From positions 224,001 to 288,000 of the IMG/VR virus record IMGVR_UViG_3300045988_170943: DNA of 64,000 bases, one strand, 5' to 3'. Position numbers and translations under genes: made by a program. Shown one piece after another: positions 27,293 through 37,571 of this stretch (its first letter is position 1; each line of letters begins with the position of its first letter). Origin of the DNA: a virus. A model generated the notes under the pieces. It made no database searches. It had not been told where the DNA came from and saw only the letters and a list, made by a program, of their open reading frames with translations.

Positions 27293-27823
27293 ATGAGAAA
27301 GTTCCTCAAGGGCCTTAACTCAGACCGGGGAGAATCCCTCGTGTCAGTGCTCATCGTCATGCCGCTACTCGTCGTCATGCTTGTCACCATGGTTGACTTC
27401 AGCGTCTACATCCTCAACCAGGGGCAGGTACGCGCAGCAGCCCGAGACGCAGCCCGAACCGTCGCCATCTACGGAGGAAACGGAACCAGCAGCGGACAGA
27501 TCACCCCCATCGCCAAAGCATACGGCACTATCGAGTCATGCCCCAACCACACGTCGGCAGAGTGCTCCCTCATCAAGAAACTAGACAAGGACAGCGCCCT
27601 CGTCCACTCCCAGGTGAAAAACGTTCAGTGCACCCCTAGCATCGCCACCAAAATAGGTCAGAACGTCCACTGTGACGTCACCTGGGAGTACAAGGGCATC
27701 GCCGGATCCGCTCTACCGCTCATGCGCACCATCGGCGGGCTCAGCGGAGAAGTCAGCACACGAGGCACATCCGAGTCCGAGGTCCGCTACGACGGGGCAC
27801 AGGACCTCGTTTACACCAACTGA
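27293..27823 (+). CDS. TadE-like pseudopilin (Flp/Tad pilus minor pilin)
   Basis: N-terminus ...NSDRGESLVSVLIVMPLLVVMLVTMVDFSVYILNQGQVRAAARDAAR matches the TadE N-terminal domain (ERGS.AVEFALVLPVLL.....V.FG). ATG at 27293 with an aggagg RBS. Confidence 0.6.
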   Translation: MRKFLKGLNSDRGESLVSVLIVMPLLVVMLVTMVDFSVYILNQGQVRAAARDAARTVAIYGGNGTSSGQITPIAKAYGTIESCPNHTSAECSLIKKLDKDSALVHSQVKNVQCTPSIATKIGQNVHCDVTWEYKGIAGSALPLMRTIGGLSGEVSTRGTSESEVRYDGAQDLVYTN

Positions 27824-27843
27824 CGGCAGAGGGACGAGAACAC

Positions 27844-28506
27844 ATGCGAACATTCCGCCGCTACCGCCTCAAAAACCTACTAAACCACCTCTGCCGTAAC
27901 ACCAGCCTGGGTTTCAAGTCCGACGACGGCGATGGGGCCCTCACCCTGTCTATCGTGTTCGTGCCACTCGCCGTCATCTGTCTTGGGCTCACCATCAACA
28001 CGAGCCAGGTCGTGTCCAACAAATTCGAGTACGACACGATAGCCCAGTCATCCGCCGAGACCGCAGTGAAAACCATTGACGCGCGCGGAAACCTCGACGA
28101 GAAAGCCATCAAGGCACTCATCCGGGAGCACCGAGAACAGATGGAAGCCAGCACCGCATACTCCGGGACCTGCAACATCCAAGAGATCAATGGGAAGAAA
28201 GTCACCCTCCCCTACTACGAAGTGCGGCTAGAGACATCACGCAACGTCAAAGGTCGCCGCGTCAGCAGCACCTACAAGATAGACTCCTCCAACCCGAACA
28301 CTGTTGACGTGCCCGACATTGAAAACAAGAACACCCCATACAGGGTCATCTCAGCGGAAGTGTACACGGCCACATCCTCCCCATTCGTCGCTATCGGACT
28401 GCAACCCTGCAACTATCACAAGTCCACCGTAAGCGCCATCAGTTTCGGAAGCAACAGGGACCTCGGCGGCACCCACACCAAAGCAAAAAAGACCCCGAAA
28501 CCCTAA
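27844..28506 (+). CDS. TadE/TadG-like pseudopilin paralog
   Basis: DDGDGALTLSIVFVPLAVICLGLTINTSQVVSN resembles the TadE N-terminal hydrophobic segment. It sits directly after the first TadE-like gene. Confidence 0.45.
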   Translation: MRTFRRYRLKNLLNHLCRNTSLGFKSDDGDGALTLSIVFVPLAVICLGLTINTSQVVSNKFEYDTIAQSSAETAVKTIDARGNLDEKAIKALIREHREQMEASTAYSGTCNIQEINGKKVTLPYYEVRLETSRNVKGRRVSSTYKIDSSNPNTVDVPDIENKNTPYRVISAEVYTATSSPFVAIGLQPCNYHKSTVSAISFGSNRDLGGTHTKAKKTPKP

Positions 28507-28701
28507 CAGAACAAGCCATACACTCCACCCGCGTTACCCGCAGCCCATCGCAAAAGCCGCGCACTTAGGGGTGCGGGTAACATGTGCATGAGCGTGGATA
28601 TTCGCTCACAAGAATCGACAGGCCAAGACCCACCGAAACAAGAAGAGGCGACAGCCAAAACTGGTGGGCCACTGGTACCATCGGGACGTTAGGACAACAC
28701 A

Positions 28702-30132
28702 ATGGGCGATCACAGCACCCCCGTCGGGCTCACAGAGGAACTACGCGGGAGGACGGTGGTCGCAGACACATCCAGCCTCCTCATGGTAGGTACGGGACTT
28801 CTCAACGTCCTCCAAGACTGCACCCTCGTCATCCCAGCGGTCGTTGTCCGTGAACTAGAAGACAAACGGTCCCACCCAACAATCGGTCTCCTGTCCCGCC
28901 AATGGATCCGTCTCCTCGAAGAATTACGGGTCACCCAAGGCGGAAAACTCGCCGAAGGAGTATCAGCACCCGCGCCCTGGGAAGACATCACCATCCGTGT
29001 CGAACCCAACCACAGGGATCAGAAGTCCCTCCCCGAGCACCTACAGGACGGAAGCCACGACAGCACCATCCTCGCAGTCGCCAACAACCTCCGCCAGGAC
29101 GGAGACAAGAACGTCATCCTCCTGTCCAACGACACCCCCATGCGCCTGCACTCCACCCTCGACTTGAACATTGACGCCATCGAGTTCAACGCCACAAGAG
29201 TTCTTGACGCCACCCCATTCGACGGGCGCTACACAGTGACCCTCACCAGCAGCGAGTGTGCCAACAGCAACTACTGGGGCGAGAAAGACGGCAGCAAGGG
29301 CCTGGAGCGGGTAGAAGACCTGATCCTGTCCCGCCTCCCAGAGGACAGGGCAGAGAACGCCTACATCACCATCACCCTGGATGATGCTGACAGCAAGCCC
29401 ATCGCGCACCTGATCCTCACTGGAGACACGCTCACCCCGGTCGCACGCAAGGTGAAGTCAGAGAGCATCACTGGCCGCACCATCGAACAGGACGTCGCCA
29501 TGACCTGGCTGAAGATGCCCGCTAGCCAGGTACCCATCGTGTCCCTCGGAGGGTCAGCAGGAACCGGCAAGACTCTCGTCGCTGTCGCCACCGGCATCAA
29601 CGAACTCAAGTACCACTACGACAAGATCATCGTGTTCAGGTCCCTGCACGAACTCGGGCAAGGGCAGGAGATCGGTTTCCTTCCTGGAGACGTCAATGAC
29701 AAGATGGCCGCATGGTCCGGGGCAGTGTTTGACGCCATCGACGTTATCGCCTCCAAGGGCCGCAGCAAGACCCAGGGTAAACCTGACGACAACAAGATCA
29801 AAAAGTACAAGGAAATGGTGGAGATTGCACCCATCACATTCCTCCGAGGCCGGTCCCTGGCGCGCACATTCATGATCCTGGAAGAGGCACAAAACTTCTC
29901 ACGCAACGAAATTCTGAACATCCTGTCCCGCGCTGGTGAGGGGTCCAAGGTGGTCCTCACGTTCGACGCAGCCCAGGTTGACAACCGGTTCCTCCAGTCC
30001 GGGAAGCACGCAGACATCTGGAGCGTTGTTGACAGTCTCAAGGACAGTGACCTTTTCGCACACATCACCCTGAAGCAAACTGAACGCTCCGAGGTAGCAG
30101 AACTGGCTGCATCAATACTGGAGAACCAGTGA
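28702..30132 (+). CDS. PhoH2-type protein (N-terminal PIN domain fused to a PhoH-like ATPase)
   Basis: PhoH block VSLGGSAGTGKTLVAVA ... IGFLPGD ... ITFLRGRSLARTFMILEEAQN preceded by an acidic PIN-like N-terminal domain (VVADTSSLL.. ..D..IL). Confidence 0.75.
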   Translation: MGDHSTPVGLTEELRGRTVVADTSSLLMVGTGLLNVLQDCTLVIPAVVVRELEDKRSHPTIGLLSRQWIRLLEELRVTQGGKLAEGVSAPAPWEDITIRVEPNHRDQKSLPEHLQDGSHDSTILAVANNLRQDGDKNVILLSNDTPMRLHSTLDLNIDAIEFNATRVLDATPFDGRYTVTLTSSECANSNYWGEKDGSKGLERVEDLILSRLPEDRAENAYITITLDDADSKPIAHLILTGDTLTPVARKVKSESITGRTIEQDVAMTWLKMPASQVPIVSLGGSAGTGKTLVAVATGINELKYHYDKIIVFRSLHELGQGQEIGFLPGDVNDKMAAWSGAVFDAIDVIASKGRSKTQGKPDDNKIKKYKEMVEIAPITFLRGRSLARTFMILEEAQNFSRNEILNILSRAGEGSKVVLTFDAAQVDNRFLQSGKHADIWSVVDSLKDSDLFAHITLKQTERSEVAELAASILENQ

Positions 30133-30165
30133 CCTAAAACTAGCCGCAAACAGGCAGTGGCAAAA

Positions 30166-30205
30166 AGAAGGCGGTCGATATTTTTCGGGATATTGGCCGC
30201 CTTCT
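30166..30205 (+). terminator. stem-loop after the PhoH2 gene
   Basis: gaaggcgg / ccgccttc stem. The U-tract is weak. Confidence 0.35.
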
Positions 30206-30272
30206 CGCACATATTTTGACACATCGGGCTGGCCTAAGAACACCCGCGAACTAACATTTTGAGGTTTGGCAG

Positions 30273-33200
30273 ATGGTCGCAGAGAACGGCACATTCTACA
30301 TCACCCCAGGTGTAGGTACCAGTACACACAGTGCCGTCAACCGTGCATGGACAAGGGTGGCGTCCACTGTCGCCGTATTCTTCGCGCTCGTCGCCATCAT
30401 ACTGTCCACCATCACCGCCACCCCCCTGGGGCAAGCAACAGCATCCAGCCACACTGCACAAGCCGGAACATTCGGGATCTTCTGCTCAGAGATAATGGGC
30501 AGCAACATGGACTCCCAGGCGAAATGGTACCAGTGGCTCAAGTCCTACCCGGCCTCAGACAAGGATGGCCGTCGTCTCACCGCCCAGGAGGCCCTAGAGA
30601 ACGGGCTTTTCTTTGTCAACTACCATGGCGAAGGTAAAGGTGATTTCCTGGTCAAAGACAAGTCTGACGAATCCTACAAGGAGCACTCTAAGACTGATGA
30701 GGCCAAACTGAAGGCCAGCAGAACTCTCAATAACTGCGCCCTCAACTCTATCGGTGTCTGGACTGCCAATGATCTTCTTGGTATTGCCAACGGGCTGTCC
30801 GGCATCACCCAGTACATTGTGATGCACACGTTCGACTCGAACATGATCTGCTCCGATGCGAAAGACACGACCGGCGACTGTTTCAACATGCTGAAAATCA
30901 TTGGTGGTACAGGAGCAAACGGCCGCGAGTCAGCGAACGCCAACAAAGGCGGAATCATCGGGGCGCTCACCGGGTCACTGTTCTTCCCGCTCGCGTCGCT
31001 CGTATTCATCGCAGTTGGTGTCGGAGTATTCATTAAACTAGCAAAGATGAAAATCCGGGACATCTTCTTCGGTGTCCTGTGGGCGTTCATCGCCTACATG
31101 GTCAGTCTCATCATGCTGCTGAACCCGTCCCTGCTCGCTAAAGCCCCACTGGCAGTATCCAACACAATAGCGTCCTGTGTGATCGGGGCGTTCAGTGGTG
31201 GCGTCTGCGGAACAAACAACTCTGGAACCCTCCAGGAGAACGAATCCACGTCAGACGCCGTTTGTCGTGCGTATGCGAACAACAGCGACCCGTCCAGCGA
31301 CATGCAGATGATCGCTGGGTCGCTCACCTGTAAGATCTGGAAAGCGTTCGTGCTGAACATGTACGCTGAGGGATCTTTCGGGACGGGGTTCGACAACCTG
31401 GACACACTTGACAAGAACAGGCCCACCAATAAAATACTCACCGATGCTGGTCTCAAACCAGAAGACTACTGTGTGAACTTGTACACAGAAAAGAGCATCG
31501 ACAGCCAGAAGAACGGGGTACTCACCACCACCGACAACGGTGACGGAAACAAGATCTGTAACCTAGTCACATACCAGATGTACCTGGAAACCAGCGTGAA
31601 ATCCGGTGAAGACACCCTGCCGGACACAGGGAAGATAGACACCCGCTGGTACGAGGTAATTGACGCGGCAGCCGCCAACAACGGGTTCTGGTCCTCCTGG
31701 TCCGGCAGCATGTCCAGCACGTTCAACAAGAACGGTATCGCCCTCCTTGCCATCTTCGTTGTCGTCCTCGGCGGTCTCGTCCTCATCGTCACATCCCTGT
31801 ACGCCGCCGTCTACTTCATCTCCTCCATTATCCTCATGGCTTTCAGCCCGATCTTCCTGCTCATCGGCATCGACCCTGACAGGGGGCGCAGAATCCTCCT
31901 CGGGTTCTTCCAGAAGGTCGCCACCAACGTGATGAAGTACATCGCGTCCGCTGGGTTCCTCGTCGCCAGCATCGCCATGTATGGGGGCATCCTCGATGAC
32001 ATTGACAGCATCCCCACAACGATCCTGTTCGTTCTACTGATCACCATGGCTCTGCTCATGTACCGTAAGGAGATCATTGACCTACTAGGCAAGGTCAACG
32101 CCAAGGGCGAGGAACTGTCTTCCCAAATGAGTGACAGGCTGGGCCGCACCATGCGGGGTGCCGGTAGTGGCACCACACGTATGCTCAGTGCCGGTGTCGG
32201 TGGCGCGGTCGGCGCGAAGATGGCCGGTGGCACCATGAGGTCCGGGTTCGCTGACGCAGCCAAACGTGACCTTAAGCGCAGCGGCGGCTTCGTCGGTAAC
32301 GTCGCCCGCCAGGTTGACCGCGAGAATGTCGCCAACCGCGGCAAACTCAAGAACAAGGAGCAGGAGGCCAAACAGCAGGAGCGTGACGCCCAGCAGGCAG
32401 CGAAGAACTGGCAGGACGCATCCAGAGGCGCCTCTAAGGAGATCGCCAGCCAGGAGTCCAGGAAGGCCGCCGACCAGAAGACCATTGACCGGCTGGAGGG
32501 CGAGAAGTTCAAGAAGACCCACGCGACCTTCATCGCCCGTAAGGACCTGATCACGGACGCTGAACTACACCTGGAGCGTGTCAACAACAACCCCGAAGCC
32601 ACCATGGATGAGCGGGAGTCCGCAATCTCCAGGCTTGAGCAGGTGCGCGCATTCGTCGAGTTCGAGAACCTTGGTGAGCGTATCGGTGCTTTGGAGAAGC
32701 AAAAGTCAGCCATCAGTGACCCAGCGCAACGTAAAGCCTTCCAGAACCGTATCAACGGACACTACACCAGGATGGACGAGTTGCAAGAACCGTTCGAGGA
32801 GATCGACGGCCGCACCTTTGATGACCTCAGGGGTCAGGTTGCTTTCAACGCTGACAAGGTGGCCGCCAGAGCCAAGTTCGGGTCTGAGCAGCAAGCCGCT
32901 CTTGACAAGGCATACCGCGACCAGGATGAAGCGGACCGCAACATTGACAAGGCGACGGCTGAGCGCGACCTCTACGATCAGCGCGCAGCAGGAGCACACC
33001 GGGAGGCCGCTGAAGCCGGACAACGTGGACGCATGTACGGTGAGATCAACGACCGTAACGCTGCGGCAGCGGGTAGGACCGTCACAGCCAAGAGTATTGA
33101 CAAAGCCGACAAGAAGGTAGCGAAAGCACGCCAGGAGAAAGGCTTCGTATCCAAGGAAACCGCTAAGAAGGACCTGAAGGCTGAACACAAGCGTAACCGT

Positions 33201-33704
33201 GGTAAAACCAAGGTGACCGCAGACGTCCATATCTATGGTGATCAGGACACTGATTTGGACGGCAAGGGGGCGAAGTACGATGCTGACGGCACCGCCATAG
33301 CACCACCAAAACGCTCACGCAGACGACGTGCTGACAGCAGCAGGAGGCCATCATCACCGTCTCCCGTAACTCCGCCAAGCGCATCAACACCCGAACTGCC
33401 CGCACTGGATCTACCGCCTATCAGTGGCACAAGTGAGTCAGAATCACAGTCCAAGCCAACGACTGAGGACAAGCCTACCAGGAGGCAGAGGAGCGTGCCG
33501 TCGCCGGACAGGATGCCTGACTCACCCCCTACCCCGAAGCCAACACCGGAGAGGAAACCAGAACCCACCCCGACGCCACCGCCTGCACCCCAGGAAAAGC
33601 CAGTAGCAGACACAAGAACCAGAGAAGAGGTGAACCCACCAATGCGTAGACCACGGCCACCACGACCGAATCTTCCCCCAAGAAAGCCTCGTGACACCAA
33701 GTAA
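30273..33704 (+). CDS. giant polytopic membrane protein, paralog 1 of 3; candidate VirB6/TrbL-like channel component
   Basis: N-terminal signal anchor and a large extracytoplasmic domain containing CKIWKAFVLNMYAEGSFGTGFDNL ... TRWYEVIDAAAANN. This is followed by a block of 5-6 TM helices and a long Lys/Arg/Glu-rich coiled-coil tail ending in a Pro-rich tract. The same motif and architecture occur in ORFs 50578 and 54907. Confidence 0.55.
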   Translation: MVAENGTFYITPGVGTSTHSAVNRAWTRVASTVAVFFALVAIILSTITATPLGQATASSHTAQAGTFGIFCSEIMGSNMDSQAKWYQWLKSYPASDKDGRRLTAQEALENGLFFVNYHGEGKGDFLVKDKSDESYKEHSKTDEAKLKASRTLNNCALNSIGVWTANDLLGIANGLSGITQYIVMHTFDSNMICSDAKDTTGDCFNMLKIIGGTGANGRESANANKGGIIGALTGSLFFPLASLVFIAVGVGVFIKLAKMKIRDIFFGVLWAFIAYMVSLIMLLNPSLLAKAPLAVSNTIASCVIGAFSGGVCGTNNSGTLQENESTSDAVCRAYANNSDPSSDMQMIAGSLTCKIWKAFVLNMYAEGSFGTGFDNLDTLDKNRPTNKILTDAGLKPEDYCVNLYTEKSIDSQKNGVLTTTDNGDGNKICNLVTYQMYLETSVKSGEDTLPDTGKIDTRWYEVIDAAAANNGFWSSWSGSMSSTFNKNGIALLAIFVVVLGGLVLIVTSLYAAVYFISSIILMAFSPIFLLIGIDPDRGRRILLGFFQKVATNVMKYIASAGFLVASIAMYGGILDDIDSIPTTILFVLLITMALLMYRKEIIDLLGKVNAKGEELSSQMSDRLGRTMRGAGSGTTRMLSAGVGGAVGAKMAGGTMRSGFADAAKRDLKRSGGFVGNVARQVDRENVANRGKLKNKEQEAKQQERDAQQAAKNWQDASRGASKEIASQESRKAADQKTIDRLEGEKFKKTHATFIARKDLITDAELHLERVNNNPEATMDERESAISRLEQVRAFVEFENLGERIGALEKQKSAISDPAQRKAFQNRINGHYTRMDELQEPFEEIDGRTFDDLRGQVAFNADKVAARAKFGSEQQAALDKAYRDQDEADRNIDKATAERDLYDQRAAGAHREAAEAGQRGRMYGEINDRNAAAAGRTVTAKSIDKADKKVAKARQEKGFVSKETAKKDLKAEHKRNRGKTKVTADVHIYGDQDTDLDGKGAKYDADGTAIAPPKRSRRRRADSSRRPSSPSPVTPPSASTPELPALDLPPISGTSESESQSKPTTEDKPTRRQRSVPSPDRMPDSPPTPKPTPERKPEPTPTPPPAPQEKPVADTRTREEVNPPMRRPRPPRPNLPPRKPRDTK

Positions 33705-33760
33705 ACCAAGACCCCTATTAGCAGCCGGAGAATAGCCGCCACCAGGAGAAGAAACCCAAC

Positions 33761-35665
33761 ATGAGTGACAACTGGGAAGCCCCCAAGACTACCGACCCGG
33801 AGTTCGGCTATGAGCCTGATGCTGTAGCCGACAGCGAGGTGTACCCAGATGAAACTCAGTATCTCGACGGTGGCGGCATCCCCGGCCGCGATATGCCCGA
33901 GATCCGTTCTGCCCCAACGTTCATGCCTGGGACGAGCCGCAACATTGACCCCAGGGCTGAGCAGAACTCCGATCTAGAAAAGGGCAGTGACTCACCAAAG
34001 GGAGACGGTAGCCACCCCAGCAACCCAGGGGGCCAGAGGGGCAAGTCACACGGAAACAACGGAGACCCCAACAGCAAGCCCCCAGTAGGTACCCCTAGTG
34101 ATGGAGGTTCCAGCGAAGGAGACGGAGAAGGTAAAAGCGGCGACGACCCTAAGTCAGGTGGAGGCAAGGGCCGCGGTGGCGTCAAAGGTGTAGCCGGGAA
34201 CCTCGCAAAGAGTGCAGCCGCCCATGCCGTACCAGAGAAGGCGGCAGAGACAGCGGCAAAAGCCGCAGAGACCGCGCGGCGTGTCCAGTCGGCAGTCCAC
34301 ACAGTCGTCCACTCTGTGCAGGGCGCTGTCGCTGTCGTCATAAACCCTGTCTCATGGATCATCCTAGCGGCAGCCGTCATTATCACCGTGGTGTCTCTCG
34401 CCGTGACCTCATCCATGATGGTGATCGGCCGTAATGAGAACGCAGACGGGTGCTTCGGTATCGGCGGTGACGCGAAAAGCGGGCGAGGCATCCTTGGTAT
34501 CGGGTCAGCGATTCAGGGCGCCAAAGACAAGGTAGACCAGGAGGGAGAGGACTGGACCCAGCGAGGCAACCAGGCTGGTTCGTGGCTCATGTCCCAGAAG
34601 TGGGAATTCCTGGGAGGTAAGGGCATGTCCCGCGAGCAGGCCGCTGGCATCCTCGGTAACTTCATCCAGGAGTCCGGCCTGAAGTATGCTCGCGCCGAGA
34701 TGAAAGGCCCAAACGCTGACGGCTCACTAGACCATATGTCAAATGAGCAGGCGGATGCCTTCACAAAGGACAACGCACCGGCTGGTCTTGGTCTGGCTCA
34801 GTGGACGTGGAACCCTGGGCGCGCTAAGACCCTCCTGGACCTGGCGAAGAGCATGGGGAAAAACTGGTACGATGCCGAGGTCCAGTTGACCATGATCAAG
34901 AACGAGGTTGACTCCTCTTACGGGCAGCGTCTCCTCGCGGCAGGCTTCAACGACCAGGGTAAGTCTGAGAAGGATCTGGCACTCATCTTCCACGATGTCT
35001 ATGAGGGCTCCGCAGACGGTGCTCAGGGACTCAAGGAGCGTCAGGACAGTGCCAGCGAGTTCCTGTCAAAGTTCACCGGGTCCGCGGGTCTCCCCAGCAG
35101 TGACGGCGGCGGGTCATGCAGCCGCGGTGGAGGTACAGCAGTAGGTGGAGGCAAAGACAACATCGTCAAGTTCGCCATCTCTATCGCCTACCCCACCAAA
35201 GAGGAGTCGAAGTGCCCTGAGCCTCGTGGATACTCCTGTGCCCCTCAGGCGTACAAAGACGCTAAGCACAAGATGGAAGGGCAGACTGGTGCTGACCCAC
35301 TGGACCTGTGGGCCGACTGCGGTCGTTTCGCCGCCACCGTCGTAAAAAACACGGTTGACCCAGAGTTCCCGTGGGGGCCGACAGGAGAACAGTACAGGTA
35401 CGCCTCATCATCCCCGAAGTGGCAGGCCTATAATGACTACAGCCAGCGCCAGCCAGGCGACATCTTCATCACGAAACCCGAGTATGTGGGCCACATCTTC
35501 GTGTACCTGGGACAAGTTGATGGCGTGGAGAAGATCGCTGAGGCTTCCATGGAAGAGCGCGTGGGTGGCGTTGGAGAGTTCTACCTGAACTCCTCCCTCA
35601 CTGAGGACTACGCAGTAGGTGGTGCACACAGGCAATTCACGGGATTCCACTACGTGGGCAGCTAA
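33761..35665 (+). CDS. cell-wall hydrolase with a lysozyme-like glycosidase domain and an NlpC/P60 (CHAP-like) peptidase domain; VirB1-like hydrolase associated with the transfer module
   Basis: One TM segment (WIILAAAVIITVVSLAV). The lysozyme-like block is GMSREQAAGILGNFIQESGLKY...GLGLAQWTWNP. The C-terminal Cys/His papain-like block is CGRFAATVV...GDIFIT...VGHIFVYLG. ATG with an aggagaag RBS. Confidence 0.65.
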   Translation: MSDNWEAPKTTDPEFGYEPDAVADSEVYPDETQYLDGGGIPGRDMPEIRSAPTFMPGTSRNIDPRAEQNSDLEKGSDSPKGDGSHPSNPGGQRGKSHGNNGDPNSKPPVGTPSDGGSSEGDGEGKSGDDPKSGGGKGRGGVKGVAGNLAKSAAAHAVPEKAAETAAKAAETARRVQSAVHTVVHSVQGAVAVVINPVSWIILAAAVIITVVSLAVTSSMMVIGRNENADGCFGIGGDAKSGRGILGIGSAIQGAKDKVDQEGEDWTQRGNQAGSWLMSQKWEFLGGKGMSREQAAGILGNFIQESGLKYARAEMKGPNADGSLDHMSNEQADAFTKDNAPAGLGLAQWTWNPGRAKTLLDLAKSMGKNWYDAEVQLTMIKNEVDSSYGQRLLAAGFNDQGKSEKDLALIFHDVYEGSADGAQGLKERQDSASEFLSKFTGSAGLPSSDGGGSCSRGGGTAVGGGKDNIVKFAISIAYPTKEESKCPEPRGYSCAPQAYKDAKHKMEGQTGADPLDLWADCGRFAATVVKNTVDPEFPWGPTGEQYRYASSSPKWQAYNDYSQRQPGDIFITKPEYVGHIFVYLGQVDGVEKIAEASMEERVGGVGEFYLNSSLTEDYAVGGAHRQFTGFHYVGS

Positions 35666-35754
35666 CAGGGGCAGGATATACTGTCGAAAAAGAAGCCACG
35701 CCTTTGTGGGACAGTTGCACGCACTTTTTACGAACGACCCAGGGGGATTCACGC

Positions 35755-36654
35755 ATGACAACAGAGAACTACGACACTGAGGGTGAGAACTTCGAGGAAC
35801 CTACCCTGAAAGAACGCATTGTCCGAACTGGGCTCATGGTTGTGCTCGTGGTGGCTGTAGCGGCAGGTGCTGTTACTGCCGTGAACTGGTGGGGAGCCCG
35901 AAATGAGCAGAACAAGGAGCCCGCATCGGTTGCCATGTCGGACACAGAAAAGACGAAGGTTGCCACAACTGCTGAACTGTTCCTCAGCAAGACCGGAAAC
36001 TTCGGGGTCGTCTCCGGTACCGTGGACCAACAGGGTGACAATGTGATCACTGTCGCTAACACTGTCTCCACCGCTCCAGAGAAATACCCGTCACTGTTCA
36101 TCACCAGGCAGATGGCGTACCGTAACGCCCTCCCCGTCATCGCTAAGGGGGCTCCCGCCTACATGGATGGTGTGTCAACCAGCAAGTGGTCCAACGAAAC
36201 CGACCTAGGGTACCTGATGGGATTCGAGTTGAAGGACTCTAAGGTGCAGCCCGCAGACAAGGCGTCATACATCACCTTGAATGGTAAAAGGGTCCTGGCG
36301 GTGAAAGCCAAGGGTACGTTCTCCAGCCGTGTCACTATGCGCGTCCAGAACGGCAATGATGTCGATTGGGATGGAACCTACACGGTACAGTCCAGGGGCT
36401 TCTCCGACCAGACGGTGGAGTTCACTCTCGTTCAGGTTGATGGCACATGGCTGGTGTTCTCCGTGGACAAGTTAGAGCACCCATTCCTGCTGGCTAACTG
36501 GAAGAACCCCATCTACGCGGGGTACGACTTGAAGGACTACAAGGTGACCTCCAGTATTCAGACGACTCGCGGCCTGGGCGGTAAAGGACAGCCGAACCAG
36601 AACTCGTCCCTGACACCAGAGCAGGCACAGAACATCACCCCACAGGGGAAGTAA
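35755..36654 (+). CDS. bitopic membrane protein; candidate VirB8/TcpC-like component
   Basis: Short cytoplasmic N-terminus, a single TM (LMVVLVVAVAAGAVTAV), then an extracytoplasmic domain of about 250 aa. ATG at 35755 with a caggggg RBS. The assignment rests on topology only. Confidence 0.35.
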   Translation: MTTENYDTEGENFEEPTLKERIVRTGLMVVLVVAVAAGAVTAVNWWGARNEQNKEPASVAMSDTEKTKVATTAELFLSKTGNFGVVSGTVDQQGDNVITVANTVSTAPEKYPSLFITRQMAYRNALPVIAKGAPAYMDGVSTSKWSNETDLGYLMGFELKDSKVQPADKASYITLNGKRVLAVKAKGTFSSRVTMRVQNGNDVDWDGTYTVQSRGFSDQTVEFTLVQVDGTWLVFSVDKLEHPFLLANWKNPIYAGYDLKDYKVTSSIQTTRGLGGKGQPNQNSSLTPEQAQNITPQGK

Positions 36655-36718
36655 CCAGAAAACCTATACCCCCACACACAGGGCACCACCATTCAGAAGC
36701 AACGAAGAGAGTTCACTT

Positions 36719-37540
36719 ATGGGGAAGCACGCGGCAGAGAACACACCACAACTACCAGCAGATGAGGGAAACTGGGAGCGGGATATGGACTCTGTGCTCG
36801 CCAGCATCGACACTCACACGGGCGGAGCAACCAACAGCGACACGAACCCCCAAGACGCCACACCCCCTGTAAACGCCAACGGCAGTGCCCCCAAGAAGAC
36901 AGCCCCGCCACTGGAGTTGGAAGCGGAAACCGCAATAGGCACTGATACTGCTACTGCCTATGAGGTTGATCTTGGCGACACGAGAAGCCACAGTGACGAG
37001 ACTGTAGCCAACCTGGGTGAAGAAGACGATACTGGCGACCTCAGCAACGACACCGCCAGTGTCGTGGATACCTACTTTGATGACGATGAGGAGTTCCTGG
37101 CTGGTGACGACAAGGTGCTAACCGAGGAGCAGGACATGGCCCTGTTCAAACAGTCCGGGAAGGTCGTCAAGTGGCGGGTGGAGAACCTGTACCGACCTAA
37201 CGGCGATTTTCGACGCGGCAACCTCGTTCGAGCCAACCCTCCAGTGCTCATCATCTCCGATAGTGATGGCAACGAGGTCGAGTTCATGGTCACCAGGGAG
37301 TTCGCCGCATCCATGAGGTCCGTGATGGGTGATGCTGAGATCGCACACATGTCCAGCACTCTGCCGCCGTGGGCCACACCAACCAGGAGACCGGGCGTAG
37401 CCAATACGTCAACATGGAAGGAGCGATGCGCCGAGTGGGCGAAGGAGCACAAGGTGAAGGCCACAGGATTGATCCTGCTGGCTATCTACATGCTGGCATC
37501 AATGGTCTCCCCATTTATCATGCGATATTTCGGCAGTTAA
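36719..37540 (+). CDS. hypothetical acidic protein with a C-terminal TM segment
   Basis: ATG with a gaagagag RBS and a C-terminal hydrophobic helix. Confidence 0.4.
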   Translation: MGKHAAENTPQLPADEGNWERDMDSVLASIDTHTGGATNSDTNPQDATPPVNANGSAPKKTAPPLELEAETAIGTDTATAYEVDLGDTRSHSDETVANLGEEDDTGDLSNDTASVVDTYFDDDEEFLAGDDKVLTEEQDMALFKQSGKVVKWRVENLYRPNGDFRRGNLVRANPPVLIISDSDGNEVEFMVTREFAASMRSVMGDAEIAHMSSTLPPWATPTRRPGVANTSTWKERCAEWAKEHKVKATGLILLAIYMLASMVSPFIMRYFGS

Positions 37541-37571
37541 CAGTCAGGTTCAATCACTGAAGGAATCTAGC

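Noticed and set aside
33300-33704. Pro-rich low-complexity DNA at the 3' end of paralog 1, with multiple overlapping ORFs on both strands (33242-33742 on the - strand, 33424-33606 on the + strand).
   Set aside because: It is explained as a proline-rich C-terminal tail (PSPVTPPSASTPELP...PPRKPRDTK) of the 30273-33704 protein. The overlapping ORFs are compositional artefacts.
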